Of a DNA stretch of 64,000 nucleotides, positions 1 through 11,264 are shown in pieces. This DNA is from a virus. Position numbers and translations under genes: made by a program. The number at the start of each line of letters is the position of its first letter. Positions within the stretch are counted from its first letter, which is position 1. Under the pieces are notes generated by a model, which ran no database searches, was not told where the DNA came from, and was given only the letters and a program-made list of their open reading frames with translations. The DNA is taken from IMG/VR virus record IMGVR_UViG_3300029286_000030, one strand, 5' to 3'.

Positions 1-100
1 TAAGGGTTAGCTAAAGAACCTGTTCCGCCCGCAAATGCAAAAACCCCACTAAGTAAGCAAATTAATAGCAATGCGCTTAAAAATATATTAGTAATTTTCA
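1..100 (-). CDS. Partial CDS (N-terminus only, continues beyond window start); predicted signal-peptide protein MKITNIFLSALLLICLLSGVFAFAGG...
   Basis: ATG (reverse complement) at 98-100, hydrophobic signal-like N-terminus, open to position 1. Confidence 0.3.
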
Positions 101-202
101 TATACACTCTTTAATATTATAGATTTTTATTATTTATAAAGGTTTCCATTGGTATAAATTCATCTAACTTCAGAATATACATATTGGTGATAAACCTAAA
201 AT

Positions 203-3200
203 TTATTTCAATTTAATAAAACTTCCAGAATAAATATAAATTAAATTGCCTGTTGACTGTAGATTTAATTGTACTGTAGTAATATTAGAATCATAAAGTG
301 ATAATTTTCCACCAGGTGAAAGTATTAATCTTCCAGTACCCAAATCAATTAATTTATTAGTACATGTAATTTCTGTTGAAATGTTCCAATCGGTATTTAT
401 TGTGCGTATGCATGGATCTGCACTTGTTTCTGTTAAATAAACATTTAAATCAATACTTGTTTGACTTGGATTATAAAAATATAAATCTAAATTATTAGTG
501 TCATAACCAGTTGCACTAAAAGAACAATTAGCAGAACCAAACTTATTATAATAAGGGGAATAAAAAGGAGAATTCTGATCCGTCAAATCTAAAGCATTAA
601 CATTACAATCAAAATTAACCCCATTAATATCAGTTTCAGTTCCTGAATCAAAGACATTAAACAAAAATCTATAATTATCAATCCAATTCAAAGTAACATC
701 ATAACTCTTATTAGAATCAGCAACAACAATAATAGTATTAGTATCATAAAAACCATAATCAAAAGCAGTTGGTTTTGAAAAAATACAAGAATAAATACCC
801 TCATTAAACTCAATAACAAACGGAGAAGTTTGATTATTTATATCATAATCATTAACATTACAATCAACATTAATCCCAACCAAATCAGTATTAACATTAA
901 AAGTAATGCCAAAAACATTAACACTTCCATCTCCAAATGCATGATAAGCAGTTTGTTGAGTTTCATAACTCCCAGTATTAGTATAAGCAGTTCTACTTAT
1001 TGATTTATACTCTATTAAATTATTACCATCAGGAACAGTAATTGAATAAGTTGCAATCGGATTATAATAAGAAATTACCCCATTAGCACCTTCAAAAAAT
1101 AAATATTTTAATTTAGGAGAATAACTTGCTTTTTGAAAATTAACAGCTGCCCAATTATAAGTAATCCAATTTGTAGGAGTAAAAGAATTTTTTAAATTAT
1201 ACCAAACATTAGTAGAGGGGTCATAAACACCAAAAGTTCCTGAACTTGAAGTAGTAAATACTAAATTTTTATCAGAATCAAACTCAAGATAATTAAGTGT
1301 AGTTGAACCTGCCCAATTACCAGGATCGGTTGTAGAAAGATTATACCAAATATTAGTATCAGGGTCATAAACACCAAACAAACCATTTGCATGTCCAGTA
1401 TAAATATTTCCATCACTAGGATTATAAAGTACTGACATTACTGTTTGATTCGAAGCCCAATTAGCAGGATCAGTCGAACTTAAAGTATCCCAAACATTTG
1501 TATCAGTCTTATAAACACCGAATAGACCATTAGCAAGACTAGTATAAATTTTTGAATTGCCATCAAAACTTAAACCATAAACAGCACTTGTTCCAGCCCA
1601 ATTACCAGGATCAGTTGTAGAAAGAGTACTCCAAACATTAGTAGTAGGAGAATAAACACCAAATAAACCATTTCCGACACCAGTATAAAGTCTATTATTA
1701 CCTGAATTATAAGCAAGACTATAAACCGCATTTGTTAAAACCCAATTAGCAGTATCAGTAGAAGAAAGATTCTCCCAAACATTAGTATCAGGAGAATAAC
1801 GCCCAAACAAACCCCCTGCCAATGCAGTATAAACATTCCCATCAGGAATAATACTAATATCATAAGTTGATACTTGAATTCCAACCCAATTAGCTGTATC
1901 ATTTGAACTCAAATCAACAAATTCTCCAGTAGTATAATTATAATTAAAAAATCCACCTTGTTCAGCTCCAAAATAAATAGTATTTGAATCATCATCAACT
2001 TTAATTGAATAAAAAACTATGGTAGTCATCCATTCACCAGTATCATTAGTTATCTTATTAATCCATTTATTTGAAGAAATATCATAATAAGCAAAATAAG
2101 TAAATTTCCCACCAGTATAAATTCTCATAGTTGAAGTATCACATTCCACAACAGTTTGTGGAAAAGTTCCAGCCCAATTATTAGTATCAGTAGAAGAAAG
2201 ATTACTCCAAACCTTAGTATCAGGGTCATAAGCACCAAGTTTTCCTGCTGCTAAAGCAGAATAAATGTTATTATCTACTAAACTATAAACTAACCCATTA
2301 ACTTGACTTGTCCCAACCCAATTTCCTGTATCAGTCGCAGAAAGATTATACCAAACATTAGTATCAGGGTCATAAGCACCAAATAAACCATTATTTTGTC
2401 CAGTATAAACATTTCCATCAGAAGAATTATATGTCATTGCAGAAATTGTTTGCCCACCACTCCAATTACCAGCATCAGTATTAGAAAGATTCTCCCAAAC
2501 ATTAGTAATAGGAGAATACCTCCCAAACAACCCAGTTGCATGTCCAGTATAAATATTCCCATCAGCTATAAAAACAACTCTTGTTGTAGCATTTGCTCCA
2601 ACCCAATTAGAAGCATCAGTAGTAGAAAGATTAGTTGTAACATTAGTAGAAGGAGCATAAACCCCAAACAACCCAGCATTAAGCCCAATAAAAACATTAC
2701 CATCAGAACTAACAGTAAGACTATTCAAATTATTATTTGACATCCAATTACCTGAATCAGTAGCACTCAAATCAGTTAAAATATTAGTATCAGGGTCATA
2801 AGCACCAAAACCCCCAAAAGCAGTAGCAACATAAATATTCCCATCAAAAGTATTAACCACCAAACTCGTAATAGACCTTGTTGAAACCCAATTACCAGTA
2901 TCAACATCAGAAAGATTATCCCAAACATTAGTATCAGAATGATAAGCACCAAAATGCCCATCAAAACCAGCAGTATAAAGAAGCCCATTCAATATATTAT
3001 AAGCAAAAAAGTTATGAGCTTGAGTATCATCAGTAAGTGAAGCAGGGGGAATAATTCTAAAACTCCCAGCATTAATATCAACAACATTCCAACTACCTGA
3101 ATTTAAAGAATAATTCAAATCATTACAAAAATAACCCAAATTATTATCAGAACAAGAAAAAGTAACAGTATTTCTGTCATTCCATTGCCCATTGGCATCA

Positions 3201-3286
3201 CTTATAGTAAAAGGATCTGCTAGTACAAATCCTCCACTAAGTAATATTAAAAATAATAATCCTACAAAAATATATTTAATATCCAT
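203..3286 (-). CDS. Secreted Kelch-like beta-propeller repeat protein (1027 aa), about 18 tandem ~46-aa repeats GxFGxYDPDTNVWxNLSxTDxGNW, N-x-S/T sequon-rich
   Basis: Long ORF, N-terminal signal peptide (MDIKYIFVGLLFLILLSGGFVLA), periodic repeats with Kelch-like GG..YDP.TN.W pattern. Confidence 0.7.
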   Translation of the reverse strand: MDIKYIFVGLLFLILLSGGFVLADPFTISDANGQWNDRNTVTFSCSDNNLGYFCNDLNYSLNSGSWNVVDINAGSFRIIPPASLTDDTQAHNFFAYNILNGLLYTAGFDGHFGAYHSDTNVWDNLSDVDTGNWVSTRSITSLVVNTFDGNIYVATAFGGFGAYDPDTNILTDLSATDSGNWMSNNNLNSLTVSSDGNVFIGLNAGLFGVYAPSTNVTTNLSTTDASNWVGANATTRVVFIADGNIYTGHATGLFGRYSPITNVWENLSNTDAGNWSGGQTISAMTYNSSDGNVYTGQNNGLFGAYDPDTNVWYNLSATDTGNWVGTSQVNGLVYSLVDNNIYSALAAGKLGAYDPDTKVWSNLSSTDTNNWAGTFPQTVVECDTSTMRIYTGGKFTYFAYYDISSNKWINKITNDTGEWMTTIVFYSIKVDDDSNTIYFGAEQGGFFNYNYTTGEFVDLSSNDTANWVGIQVSTYDISIIPDGNVYTALAGGLFGRYSPDTNVWENLSSTDTANWVLTNAVYSLAYNSGNNRLYTGVGNGLFGVYSPTTNVWSTLSTTDPGNWAGTSAVYGLSFDGNSKIYTSLANGLFGVYKTDTNVWDTLSSTDPANWASNQTVMSVLYNPSDGNIYTGHANGLFGVYDPDTNIWYNLSTTDPGNWAGSTTLNYLEFDSDKNLVFTTSSSGTFGVYDPSTNVWYNLKNSFTPTNWITYNWAAVNFQKASYSPKLKYLFFEGANGVISYYNPIATYSITVPDGNNLIEYKSISRTAYTNTGSYETQQTAYHAFGDGSVNVFGITFNVNTDLVGINVDCNVNDYDINNQTSPFVIEFNEGIYSCIFSKPTAFDYGFYDTNTIIVVADSNKSYDVTLNWIDNYRFLFNVFDSGTETDINGVNFDCNVNALDLTDQNSPFYSPYYNKFGSANCSFSATGYDTNNLDLYFYNPSQTSIDLNVYLTETSADPCIRTINTDWNISTEITCTNKLIDLGTGRLILSPGGKLSLYDSNITTVQLNLQSTGNLIYIYSGSFIKLK

Positions 3287-3334
3287 ACAATTACCTATAT
3301 ATTTATAGAACTCGCAAGTTTTTAAACCTTGCCT

Positions 3335-6300
3335 TTATCGTCTTCCGATTACTATTGCAGTTCCATCATCATAAATATATCCATTTATTCCAATTGTTAT
3401 ATTTGTATCTGCATGTAAATTTGCTGCATTAATATCTTGAGTTGCTACAATGCTTCCAGTTACTGTTCCACCAGTTAATTTTAAGTATCTCTGATCTCCC
3501 CATATATTTACATCGCTCTTTAATGGGTAGAATCCATTTGCATCTACTTGAGTTAAATATGGTAATAACTTCTGATCTATCCATATATTTGTATCAGCTT
3601 TAATTGTATAGAATCCATTTGCATCTATCTTAGTTAAGTATGGAGTTAATTTCTGGTCTATCCAAATATTTACATCTTCTTTCAATGGATAAAACCCATT
3701 AGCATCTACTTGAGTTAAATAACCAACTAATTTCTGATCTACCCAAACATTTACATCGTTCTTTAATGCGTAGAATCCATTTGCATCTATCTTAGTTAAA
3801 TATGGAACTAATAATTGGTTAGTCCATAAATTTACATCACCAAGAGTAACATATGTAGCTCTCATATTAGAATCAAATATTCCAAATGAAGTTTCCCAAT
3901 TAGTATCAGTCATTGATGGTCCTAATCCTGCTATCTTCTGATCTATCCAAATATTAGTATCATTTAATTGTGTATAATTAGCTTTCATATTAGCATCAAA
4001 TACATCCCAACTAGTTTCCCAATTTGTATCTGTAAAAGATAATGCTATAATCTTTTGATCTATCCAATTATTAACATCTGCATTTTGTGCGAAATAATAT
4101 TTCATATTTGCATCAAATACATCCCAACTTGTTTGCCAGTTTGTATCATATGTTAATCCAGCTATCTTCTGATCTATCCATGTATTCACATCATCTTTTA
4201 ATGCATAGAATCCATTAGCATCTACTTTAGTTAAGAATGATGCATTTACATCTTCTTTATTATAATAGAATCCATTAGCATCTACTTGAGTTAAATATGG
4301 AGTTAATTTATCATCTATCCAACTATTTACATCATCTTTCAATGCATAGAACCCATTAGCATCTACCTTAGTTAAACTCCACTTATTTGAATCCACTTGA
4401 GCTTGGCGTATTAATTGATTTGTCCAAACATTTGTATCACTTAATAATGTATATTCATTTAAATCTGATATACTTGCCTTAGCATTAAATGTTACCCAAT
4501 CACCTGAAGTTAAATAACCATTTTGTAAATTTGTTGCTGCTTGAGTTGCTGTTATAAAGTCTGTTTGTGCTAAGTGATAATATTCATTTGCAGCTCCGCC
4601 TTGTAATCCAGCTAAATTATTGTGTAATGTAATTAGCGGCGAATTAAAATAAGATTGATTTGCAGTTCCATTATACACGTATGTAATTGTAGTTGTATTA
4701 TTTGATACTCCAACCATAACTAATCCAATTCTATCTGTTGAATTCATATCTATTGCTCCACTTGATGCAGTAGAAATATATAAAGTATAATTTGGAGCTA
4801 TTGCTGTAATTGTTGGAGTTTGCGCAAAGAATAATCTTTTCCAAGTAGAAAATTTAACTGCAGTTTCGTTTACATACCCACTTGGAACAGAAATTGTTAT
4901 ATTAGTATCTGATGTTCTTCCAACTACTTTATATAATCCTTTTGGAGTTTGTAAATAACCCGCATATAAGTTCTGATCATTTGCTGTAAAGTTTGTATCA
5001 ATTAATGCAGTAGAAAATGGAGCATTTGCTGTAGCAATAACATATCTAGTTACACCCGCACCAGCCATAGTAACATTAGTATCTGTTTGAACATAATTTC
5101 TAACCTTATATAAAACATTAAATAATGATGATATTCTTCCACCACCAGTGCTACTAACAGCACCGTATGTATAAAATGTCCAAGTACCTCCATCAAGCAC
5201 AGTTCTATTTAAATCAGTATTATACAAATATGCAGAACCAATTGGAGCTCTAGTTATAGTAGCAGATAATGCTTCGGCATTTTGCGGAGTAGTAGTTACT
5301 GGAACTTTAAATAATTGTTCTAAAGCAAATGCATTTTGAGGTGTATTAGCATTTATATCATTACCATCTAAATAAAATGCTATTCCATTAGATGCTGATG
5401 TATTAGAGGCAGCAGAATTAACCCAAGAAACACCATTGTAAGTCAATACCTGTGAAACTGTTGGACTAGTAATTGTAACATCTCCTAAATTAGAAAGGTT
5501 AGTGTATGGTATAATACGAACATTGATTCTACCGCCAGTTGCATCTTTTATAATTAATCTACCGATACGCATTTCATAATTTGGTGCGTCTGGAACGATA
5601 TTAGTTACTTCCCCTGGCGTAGTTGCACTTAAATACAATAAGTCTCCTTCAGTCCAAGAAGCAATATTAGTATTCAAATCATTAATATTACCTCTAACAG
5701 TAATAAATCCATAATCATTTATTGGTATATCTTGTGTCGCTAAACCTAAAACTTGTGCAGTTGATTCAGTATTAGCCTGTGCTAAAGCTATAGTTGGGAA
5801 TCCGTTATACACACCGTTTGTAATAACTGCCTGTCCATTTCGAACAATCGCGCCAGTATTATTATAAACTCTTCTAAATTCTTCTTGCCCTATTTGCATT
5901 GTTACATCTCTTCCAATTTGAACTGAAACTGTCTTCCATGTTGGGTCATAAAACATTTTTCCTTCTTGGTAATTTCCTGGCTCACCATTAGTATCGAAAT
6001 AAATTGTATTAGCTGTAGCTGTACCTAAATAATGTACATCCCCACCAATAGTTCCATTTAATAATGTTGTAGCATATAAATATATAGTATTTAATCTAAC
6101 CGCATTTATATCTGTAAGTTCTCCACCAATTGTAGAACCATATACATATGCGCGCGCATTAGCTGTAGAAATTGAAGTTGTTTCTAATCCATAAGTTGAA
6201 AATGCTGAAGTAGATTTAGCATTTATTTGTGAATTTACAATATTAGCAGTAATATAATAAGATGAATTCTGATTATTAATTATAACACCTTTTGCTCTTA

Positions 6301-9300
6301 CAACACCATTAGCATAAATAAGAGCTCCTTCAATTAACCAATTTTGATCTTGTGTTGTTGAAGAATTATTCAATATATTAATCGCATATGCGTTTTGATC
6401 AGTAGAATTTATAGTAATAAATCCGCCCAATATTGCACCAGATCCATTTAAAGAATATACTCCATATTCATATCCAGCCCCAGTAGTATTCATAGTTATA
6501 TTTCTAAGTGTAACATTATTAGCACCATTAATAAATACTGCTTTTGTTCCTGCTCCAACATCAAATATATTCACATCAGTCAATTTTGCATTATCTGCTG
6601 TAATATAGAAAATATTAACATCTGCTGTTGCATTATAAATCTTAGCATTTCCTTGCCCTCTAATATTCAATGTTTTATCTACTCTTATTGCGCTGGTAAT
6701 AGTATATGTTCCACTTCCTAAAAGTAATGTATCTCCGGCCGTTGCATTATCAATAAATACTTGTATATTTGCATCTAATGGAACATTAGTTACTCTTCCA
6801 CCAGTCCAATTAACATCATAATATGAAATTCCGTGTGATCCTAAATTAACATCTCTATCTGCACCAGTATAAGGTACAGCTAATTGTCCTATCCATGTAT
6901 TTACATCATTCTTTAGAGCGTAAAATCCATTTGCATCGGCTTTAGTAAGATATGGAACTAACAATTGGTTCGTCCATATATTAACATCGGTTTTTAAAGC
7001 ATAGAATCCATTAGCATCTAATTTAGTTAAATAAGGAACTAATAATTGGTTAGTCCAAGTATTAACATCTCCCTTAAATGCATATAATTGTCCACCCCAT
7101 AAATTTACATCTCCTAAAGTAGCATATGTTGCTCTCATGTTAGCATCAAATACTCCGAATGATGTTTCCCAGTTAGTATCAATAAATCCTGGTATTGCTG
7201 CAATTCTTTGATCTATCCAAACATTAATATCTGTTTTCAATGGATAGAATCCATTAGCATCAACTTTTGTTAAATATGGAATTAATTTTTGGTCAATCCA
7301 AACATTAGTATCTGATTTTAAAGTAAAAAATCCATTAGCATCAGAAGCTAATAAATATGGCATTAAATATTGTGCAATCCATACATTAGTATCTCCAATT
7401 TTTGTATAAGTTGCTTTCATATTAGCATCGAAAACATCCCAAGAAGTTTCCCAGTTAGTATCAGTATATCCAGGTAATGCTGCTATCTTCTGATCGATCC
7501 AAATATTTACATCGTCCTTTAAAGCATAGAATCCATTTGCATCTGTCTTTAATAAATAAGGAACTAATTTATTATCTATCCAAATATTAGTATCATTTAA
7601 TTGTGTATATGTTGCTTTCATATTAGCATCGAATAATCCGAAAGAAGTTTGCCAGTTAGTATCTGTGGGATAACTACAATATGCAACACCCGGAGCAAGT
7701 TGATATATATAAGATCCAGATGGGCATGCTGCTGGGAATCCACTATTTATATCTGTAAATGAAATTGCATAAGAATTAAAATATCCTGTAACAGCATTAT
7801 AATCAGTAATGAATTTTTTTGCAACAAATGCTTTTGTTTGTGGAAGAACTGTTGTAACTGGTAAATATCTTTGATCTCCCCAAGTATTAACATCTTCTTT
7901 TAATGGATAAAATCCATTAGCATCTATTTTAGTTAAATATGGAACTAATTTCTGATCGATCCAAATATTAGTATCTCCAATCTGTGTATAATTTGCCTTC
8001 ATATTTGCATCAAATGTTGCCCATGAAGTTTGCCAATTTGTATCAGTAAATACAGTATTCAATGGTAAATATCTTTGATCTCCCCATAAATTTACATCTG
8101 TTTTAAATGCATAGAAGCCATTAGCATCAGATCCTAATAAATAAGGAACTAAATATTGTGCAATCCAAATATTAGTATCTCCGAGTTGAGTGTATGTAGC
8201 TTTCATATTAGCATCAAATACATTCCAACTAGTTTGCCAGTTAGTATCAGTCATTAATACAGTATTCAATGGTAAATATCTTTGATCGCCCCAAAGATTA
8301 ACATCTGTTTTAAATGCATAAAACATATTAGCGTCCGATCCTAAAATATATGGCGCTAATTTTTGATCTATCCAAATATTAGTATCTGATTTTAAAGTAT
8401 AAAATCCATTAGCATCTACTTTAGTTAAATAAGGAACTAATTTATTATCTATCCAAATATTTGTATCATTTAATTGTGTATAATTTGCTTTCATATTGGC
8501 ATCAAATATTGTCCATGAAGTTTGCCAATTAGTATCAGTAACACCTGGTGGACAATTTGCTCCAGAAACATCACAAACTAAATATCCATTTTGATATATA
8601 TCTCCATTAACATTTAAATCATTAAACATTGTAACAATTAAATTAATATCTATAGTAATTGCTTGATTCATTGATAAATCTGGGCCAGATCCATTTGGCA
8701 TTGATATAATAAACTTTACTCCTGAATTATTATCATATGTTCCTATTGCTCCAGTCCAAACTCCATTATTTGCAAATCTAATTGCAGCTTGACTATTTGG
8801 TGATCCTGATTCGTCTTGATTTGCTACTAAATCTATAAGAGAATCATCATCTGCAGAATAAATACCAGCAATTGTTTTACCTGTAAAATTATGTAACCAT
8901 AATAAATAATTTGTAGCAACAAATCCAGTAGGATCTCCAGCTACTAAATTATGTGCTGTTAATACTCCATTAACATCTAAATCTTGTAACCAATTTCCTA
9001 AATTATCTGTCCATCCAACTGTTTCTGTATTAGTATCAATCATTAAAACAGTATTTAAAGGAAGATATCTTTGATCTCCCCACAGATTTACATCTCCTAA
9101 AGTAGCATATGTGGCTTTCATATTTGCATCAAATACATTCCAACTAGTTTGCCAGTTTGTGTCTCCACTAAATCCAGCAATCTTTTGATCTATCCAAATA
9201 TTTACATCATTCTTTAAAGCATAAAATCCATTAGCATCTGTTTTTAATAAATACGGAGCAATTCTTTGATCGATCCAAACATTAGTATCTGATTTCAAAG

Positions 9301-10423
9301 TATAAAACCCATTAGCATCAACTTGTAATAAATATGGAGCTAAATTTTGTGTAATCCAAATATTAACATCAGATTTTAAAGCAAAATAATATCTCATATT
9401 TGCATCAAATGTAGTCCATGAAGTTTGCCAATTTGTATCTAAAGGTATAATAGTATTAATAGGCATATATCTTTGATCTCCCCAAAGATTAACATCTGAC
9501 TTGTAAGCATAAAATCCATTAGCATCTAATTTTAATAAATAAGGAACCAATAATTGGTTTGTCCAAGTATTGACATCTGTTTTAAGTGGATAAAATCCAT
9601 TTGCATCAATCTTAGTTAAATAAGGAACTAATTTTTGATCAATCCAAACATTAACATCGTTTTTAAAAGCATAAAATCCATTGGCGTCTGTCTTTAATAA
9701 ATAAGGAACAAGTAATTGATTAGTCCATAAATTTACATCTGTTTTATAAGCAAAAAATCCATTAGCATCAACTTGTAATAAATAAGGAACTAATTTTTGA
9801 ACTATCCAAACATTTGTATCTGCTCCAGTAGCATAAGGAACTAATAATTGTTGAGTCCAAATATTCACATCGCTCTTAAGAGCATAAAATCCGTTTGCAT
9901 CTGTTTTAGTAAGATAAGGAACTAATAATTGGTTCGTCCATAAATTCACATCTGTTTTAAAAGCATAAAAACCATTCGCATCCACTTTAGTTAAATAAGG
10001 AGTCAATGCTGCGGAAGTAATATACCCCGAATCATTTCGTAATTGTGAAATTGGATAAATATTTAAATCTCCATGTGCCGATTGGAACACTTGTCGCAAA
10101 CTTGTACCGAAATTAATATCCATTGCATTTATTTGCATTGCATAATAATAACGTTGCCCAAGGTTTAAATCAAGAGAAACACCCGAACCTAATAAAACAT
10201 CAAAAAGCCCATTAATAATTGCACCATTAAAATCTAATCCAGAATCATAAATCATTGCTCCGCCCGATTGTGCATTATATATCTGAACACGAACATCTCC
10301 AAGCGCCATTAATTTATTTCCATCATATGCTTTACCATGTAAAACCATTAAATCATCGGCAAATGCCATGGGCGAAAGACAGAGTAATATGCAGAATATG
10401 CCAAATAGATGTTTAAAATTCAT
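3335..10423 (-). CDS. Giant secreted fiber/adhesin-like protein (2362 aa): dozens of ~27-aa repeats (DANGFYALKSDVNIWIDQKLVPYLTK) flanking a central parallel beta-helix (pectate-lyase-like) region
   Basis: Signal peptide MNFKHLFGIFCILLCLSPMAFA; highly periodic repeats; central NIRGQG...VTLRNITMNTTGAGYEYG beta-helix-like repeats. Confidence 0.8.
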   Translation of the reverse strand: MNFKHLFGIFCILLCLSPMAFADDLMVLHGKAYDGNKLMALGDVRVQIYNAQSGGAMIYDSGLDFNGAIINGLFDVLLGSGVSLDLNLGQRYYYAMQINAMDINFGTSLRQVFQSAHGDLNIYPISQLRNDSGYITSAALTPYLTKVDANGFYAFKTDVNLWTNQLLVPYLTKTDANGFYALKSDVNIWTQQLLVPYATGADTNVWIVQKLVPYLLQVDANGFFAYKTDVNLWTNQLLVPYLLKTDANGFYAFKNDVNVWIDQKLVPYLTKIDANGFYPLKTDVNTWTNQLLVPYLLKLDANGFYAYKSDVNLWGDQRYMPINTIIPLDTNWQTSWTTFDANMRYYFALKSDVNIWITQNLAPYLLQVDANGFYTLKSDTNVWIDQRIAPYLLKTDANGFYALKNDVNIWIDQKIAGFSGDTNWQTSWNVFDANMKATYATLGDVNLWGDQRYLPLNTVLMIDTNTETVGWTDNLGNWLQDLDVNGVLTAHNLVAGDPTGFVATNYLLWLHNFTGKTIAGIYSADDDSLIDLVANQDESGSPNSQAAIRFANNGVWTGAIGTYDNNSGVKFIISMPNGSGPDLSMNQAITIDINLIVTMFNDLNVNGDIYQNGYLVCDVSGANCPPGVTDTNWQTSWTIFDANMKANYTQLNDTNIWIDNKLVPYLTKVDANGFYTLKSDTNIWIDQKLAPYILGSDANMFYAFKTDVNLWGDQRYLPLNTVLMTDTNWQTSWNVFDANMKATYTQLGDTNIWIAQYLVPYLLGSDANGFYAFKTDVNLWGDQRYLPLNTVFTDTNWQTSWATFDANMKANYTQIGDTNIWIDQKLVPYLTKIDANGFYPLKEDVNTWGDQRYLPVTTVLPQTKAFVAKKFITDYNAVTGYFNSYAISFTDINSGFPAACPSGSYIYQLAPGVAYCSYPTDTNWQTSFGLFDANMKATYTQLNDTNIWIDNKLVPYLLKTDANGFYALKDDVNIWIDQKIAALPGYTDTNWETSWDVFDANMKATYTKIGDTNVWIAQYLMPYLLASDANGFFTLKSDTNVWIDQKLIPYLTKVDANGFYPLKTDINVWIDQRIAAIPGFIDTNWETSFGVFDANMRATYATLGDVNLWGGQLYAFKGDVNTWTNQLLVPYLTKLDANGFYALKTDVNIWTNQLLVPYLTKADANGFYALKNDVNTWIGQLAVPYTGADRDVNLGSHGISYYDVNWTGGRVTNVPLDANIQVFIDNATAGDTLLLGSGTYTITSAIRVDKTLNIRGQGNAKIYNATADVNIFYITADNAKLTDVNIFDVGAGTKAVFINGANNVTLRNITMNTTGAGYEYGVYSLNGSGAILGGFITINSTDQNAYAINILNNSSTTQDQNWLIEGALIYANGVVRAKGVIINNQNSSYYITANIVNSQINAKSTSAFSTYGLETTSISTANARAYVYGSTIGGELTDINAVRLNTIYLYATTLLNGTIGGDVHYLGTATANTIYFDTNGEPGNYQEGKMFYDPTWKTVSVQIGRDVTMQIGQEEFRRVYNNTGAIVRNGQAVITNGVYNGFPTIALAQANTESTAQVLGLATQDIPINDYGFITVRGNINDLNTNIASWTEGDLLYLSATTPGEVTNIVPDAPNYEMRIGRLIIKDATGGRINVRIIPYTNLSNLGDVTITSPTVSQVLTYNGVSWVNSAASNTSASNGIAFYLDGNDINANTPQNAFALEQLFKVPVTTTPQNAEALSATITRAPIGSAYLYNTDLNRTVLDGGTWTFYTYGAVSSTGGGRISSLFNVLYKVRNYVQTDTNVTMAGAGVTRYVIATANAPFSTALIDTNFTANDQNLYAGYLQTPKGLYKVVGRTSDTNITISVPSGYVNETAVKFSTWKRLFFAQTPTITAIAPNYTLYISTASSGAIDMNSTDRIGLVMVGVSNNTTTITYVYNGTANQSYFNSPLITLHNNLAGLQGGAANEYYHLAQTDFITATQAATNLQNGYLTSGDWVTFNAKASISDLNEYTLLSDTNVWTNQLIRQAQVDSNKWSLTKVDANGFYALKDDVNSWIDDKLTPYLTQVDANGFYYNKEDVNASFLTKVDANGFYALKDDVNTWIDQKIAGLTYDTNWQTSWDVFDANMKYYFAQNADVNNWIDQKIIALSFTDTNWETSWDVFDANMKANYTQLNDTNIWIDQKIAGLGPSMTDTNWETSFGIFDSNMRATYVTLGDVNLWTNQLLVPYLTKIDANGFYALKNDVNVWVDQKLVGYLTQVDANGFYPLKEDVNIWIDQKLTPYLTKIDANGFYTIKADTNIWIDQKLLPYLTQVDANGFYPLKSDVNIWGDQRYLKLTGGTVTGSIVATQDINAANLHADTNITIGINGYIYDDGTAIVIGRR

Positions 10424-10466
10424 ATGTTTGCGCCTTTATATACTTAATAAATATAACATTTCTTTA

Positions 10467-10482
10467 TTTATAATCCTTTCCT
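10467..10482 (-). promoter_or_regulatory. BRE/TATA-like promoter motif (minus-strand reading GGAAAGGATTATAAAT) upstream of giant protein gene
   Basis: Match to recurring GAAAGG-TTTATAAA motif, 44 nt upstream of ATG at 10423. Confidence 0.45.
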
Positions 10483-10485
10483 TTC

Positions 10486-11148
10486 TTACCGTTTTCTATA
10501 ATAGATAAACAGCATGAACCCTCCTATGATAAATATCAATAATAAGAACATAATCCAGTCTGGTTTTGGCATTATAATGATTGATTTCCCACTTGATGGA
10601 TTAAAATTAAAATCACATGTAACCGATTCAATGTTCATTCCATTACTTGCAAAAATTGTAACACTATTAGTTACAAACGGAATTATATTAGGATCTAGGC
10701 GCGCACAAGACTTATTTGAATCATTTCCAAAACAAAACCCAGTTAAGTCTAATCCAGGATTTCCATTCAATGTGTAATTGATATCAGTAATTGGTTGTCC
10801 TGCTTGTGAATACACATTAAATCTAATTAGATCCAACGAATTAACTGTATAACATCTTGGGTCAATAAGTGTGATAAAAATCTTATAATTTATTAAATCA
10901 AAGTCTGTAAAAAATACTCCGATCCGCGCATAATTTCCATCTGGGGTAGTTACTAATCCTCCAGTCAAATCGTCAGATGCTAATGCTAAAATATAATTTC
11001 CATCTATCGGCAAATTACTATCTCCGATCTCTGTCATATACACTAATTCAACACGAGTGTTTCCATCGGATGTAGTTCCACTAGCTGCGAACACACCTAC
11101 GGTTAATAAGAAAACTAATAAAATTGTTGCAAAAATCTTCATATTCAT
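10486..11148 (-). CDS. Type I membrane/surface protein (signal peptide + C-terminal TM anchor, 220 aa)
   Basis: N-terminal signal MNMKIFATILLVFLLTVGVFAAS, C-terminal hydrophobic segment followed by YYRKR. Confidence 0.6.
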   Translation of the reverse strand: MNMKIFATILLVFLLTVGVFAASGTTSDGNTRVELVYMTEIGDSNLPIDGNYILALASDDLTGGLVTTPDGNYARIGVFFTDFDLINYKIFITLIDPRCYTVNSLDLIRFNVYSQAGQPITDINYTLNGNPGLDLTGFCFGNDSNKSCARLDPNIIPFVTNSVTIFASNGMNIESVTCDFNFNPSSGKSIIIMPKPDWIMFLLLIFIIGGFMLFIYYRKR

Positions 11149-11264
11149 AATTCCACTTTGTCCAAGTGATATATTGTAGATTTTTTCTACATATAAACCT
11201 TTAGTTAAGGGGTTTATTTATATATTATTAGAATTTGCTTATATATAAATCTTTTGATTGTCTT

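Noticed and set aside
2396-2740. Plus-strand ORFs inside the big minus-strand repeat genes (2396..2740, 10514..10777, 11932..12210, 12143..12379, 14011..14283, 15325..15594, 15818..16009, 16805..16999, 20372..20584, 20943..21221 and similar)
   Set aside because: Shadow ORFs antisense to long well-supported genes. They are low-complexity translations with no promoter motif and are expected by chance in AT-rich repetitive coding DNA.
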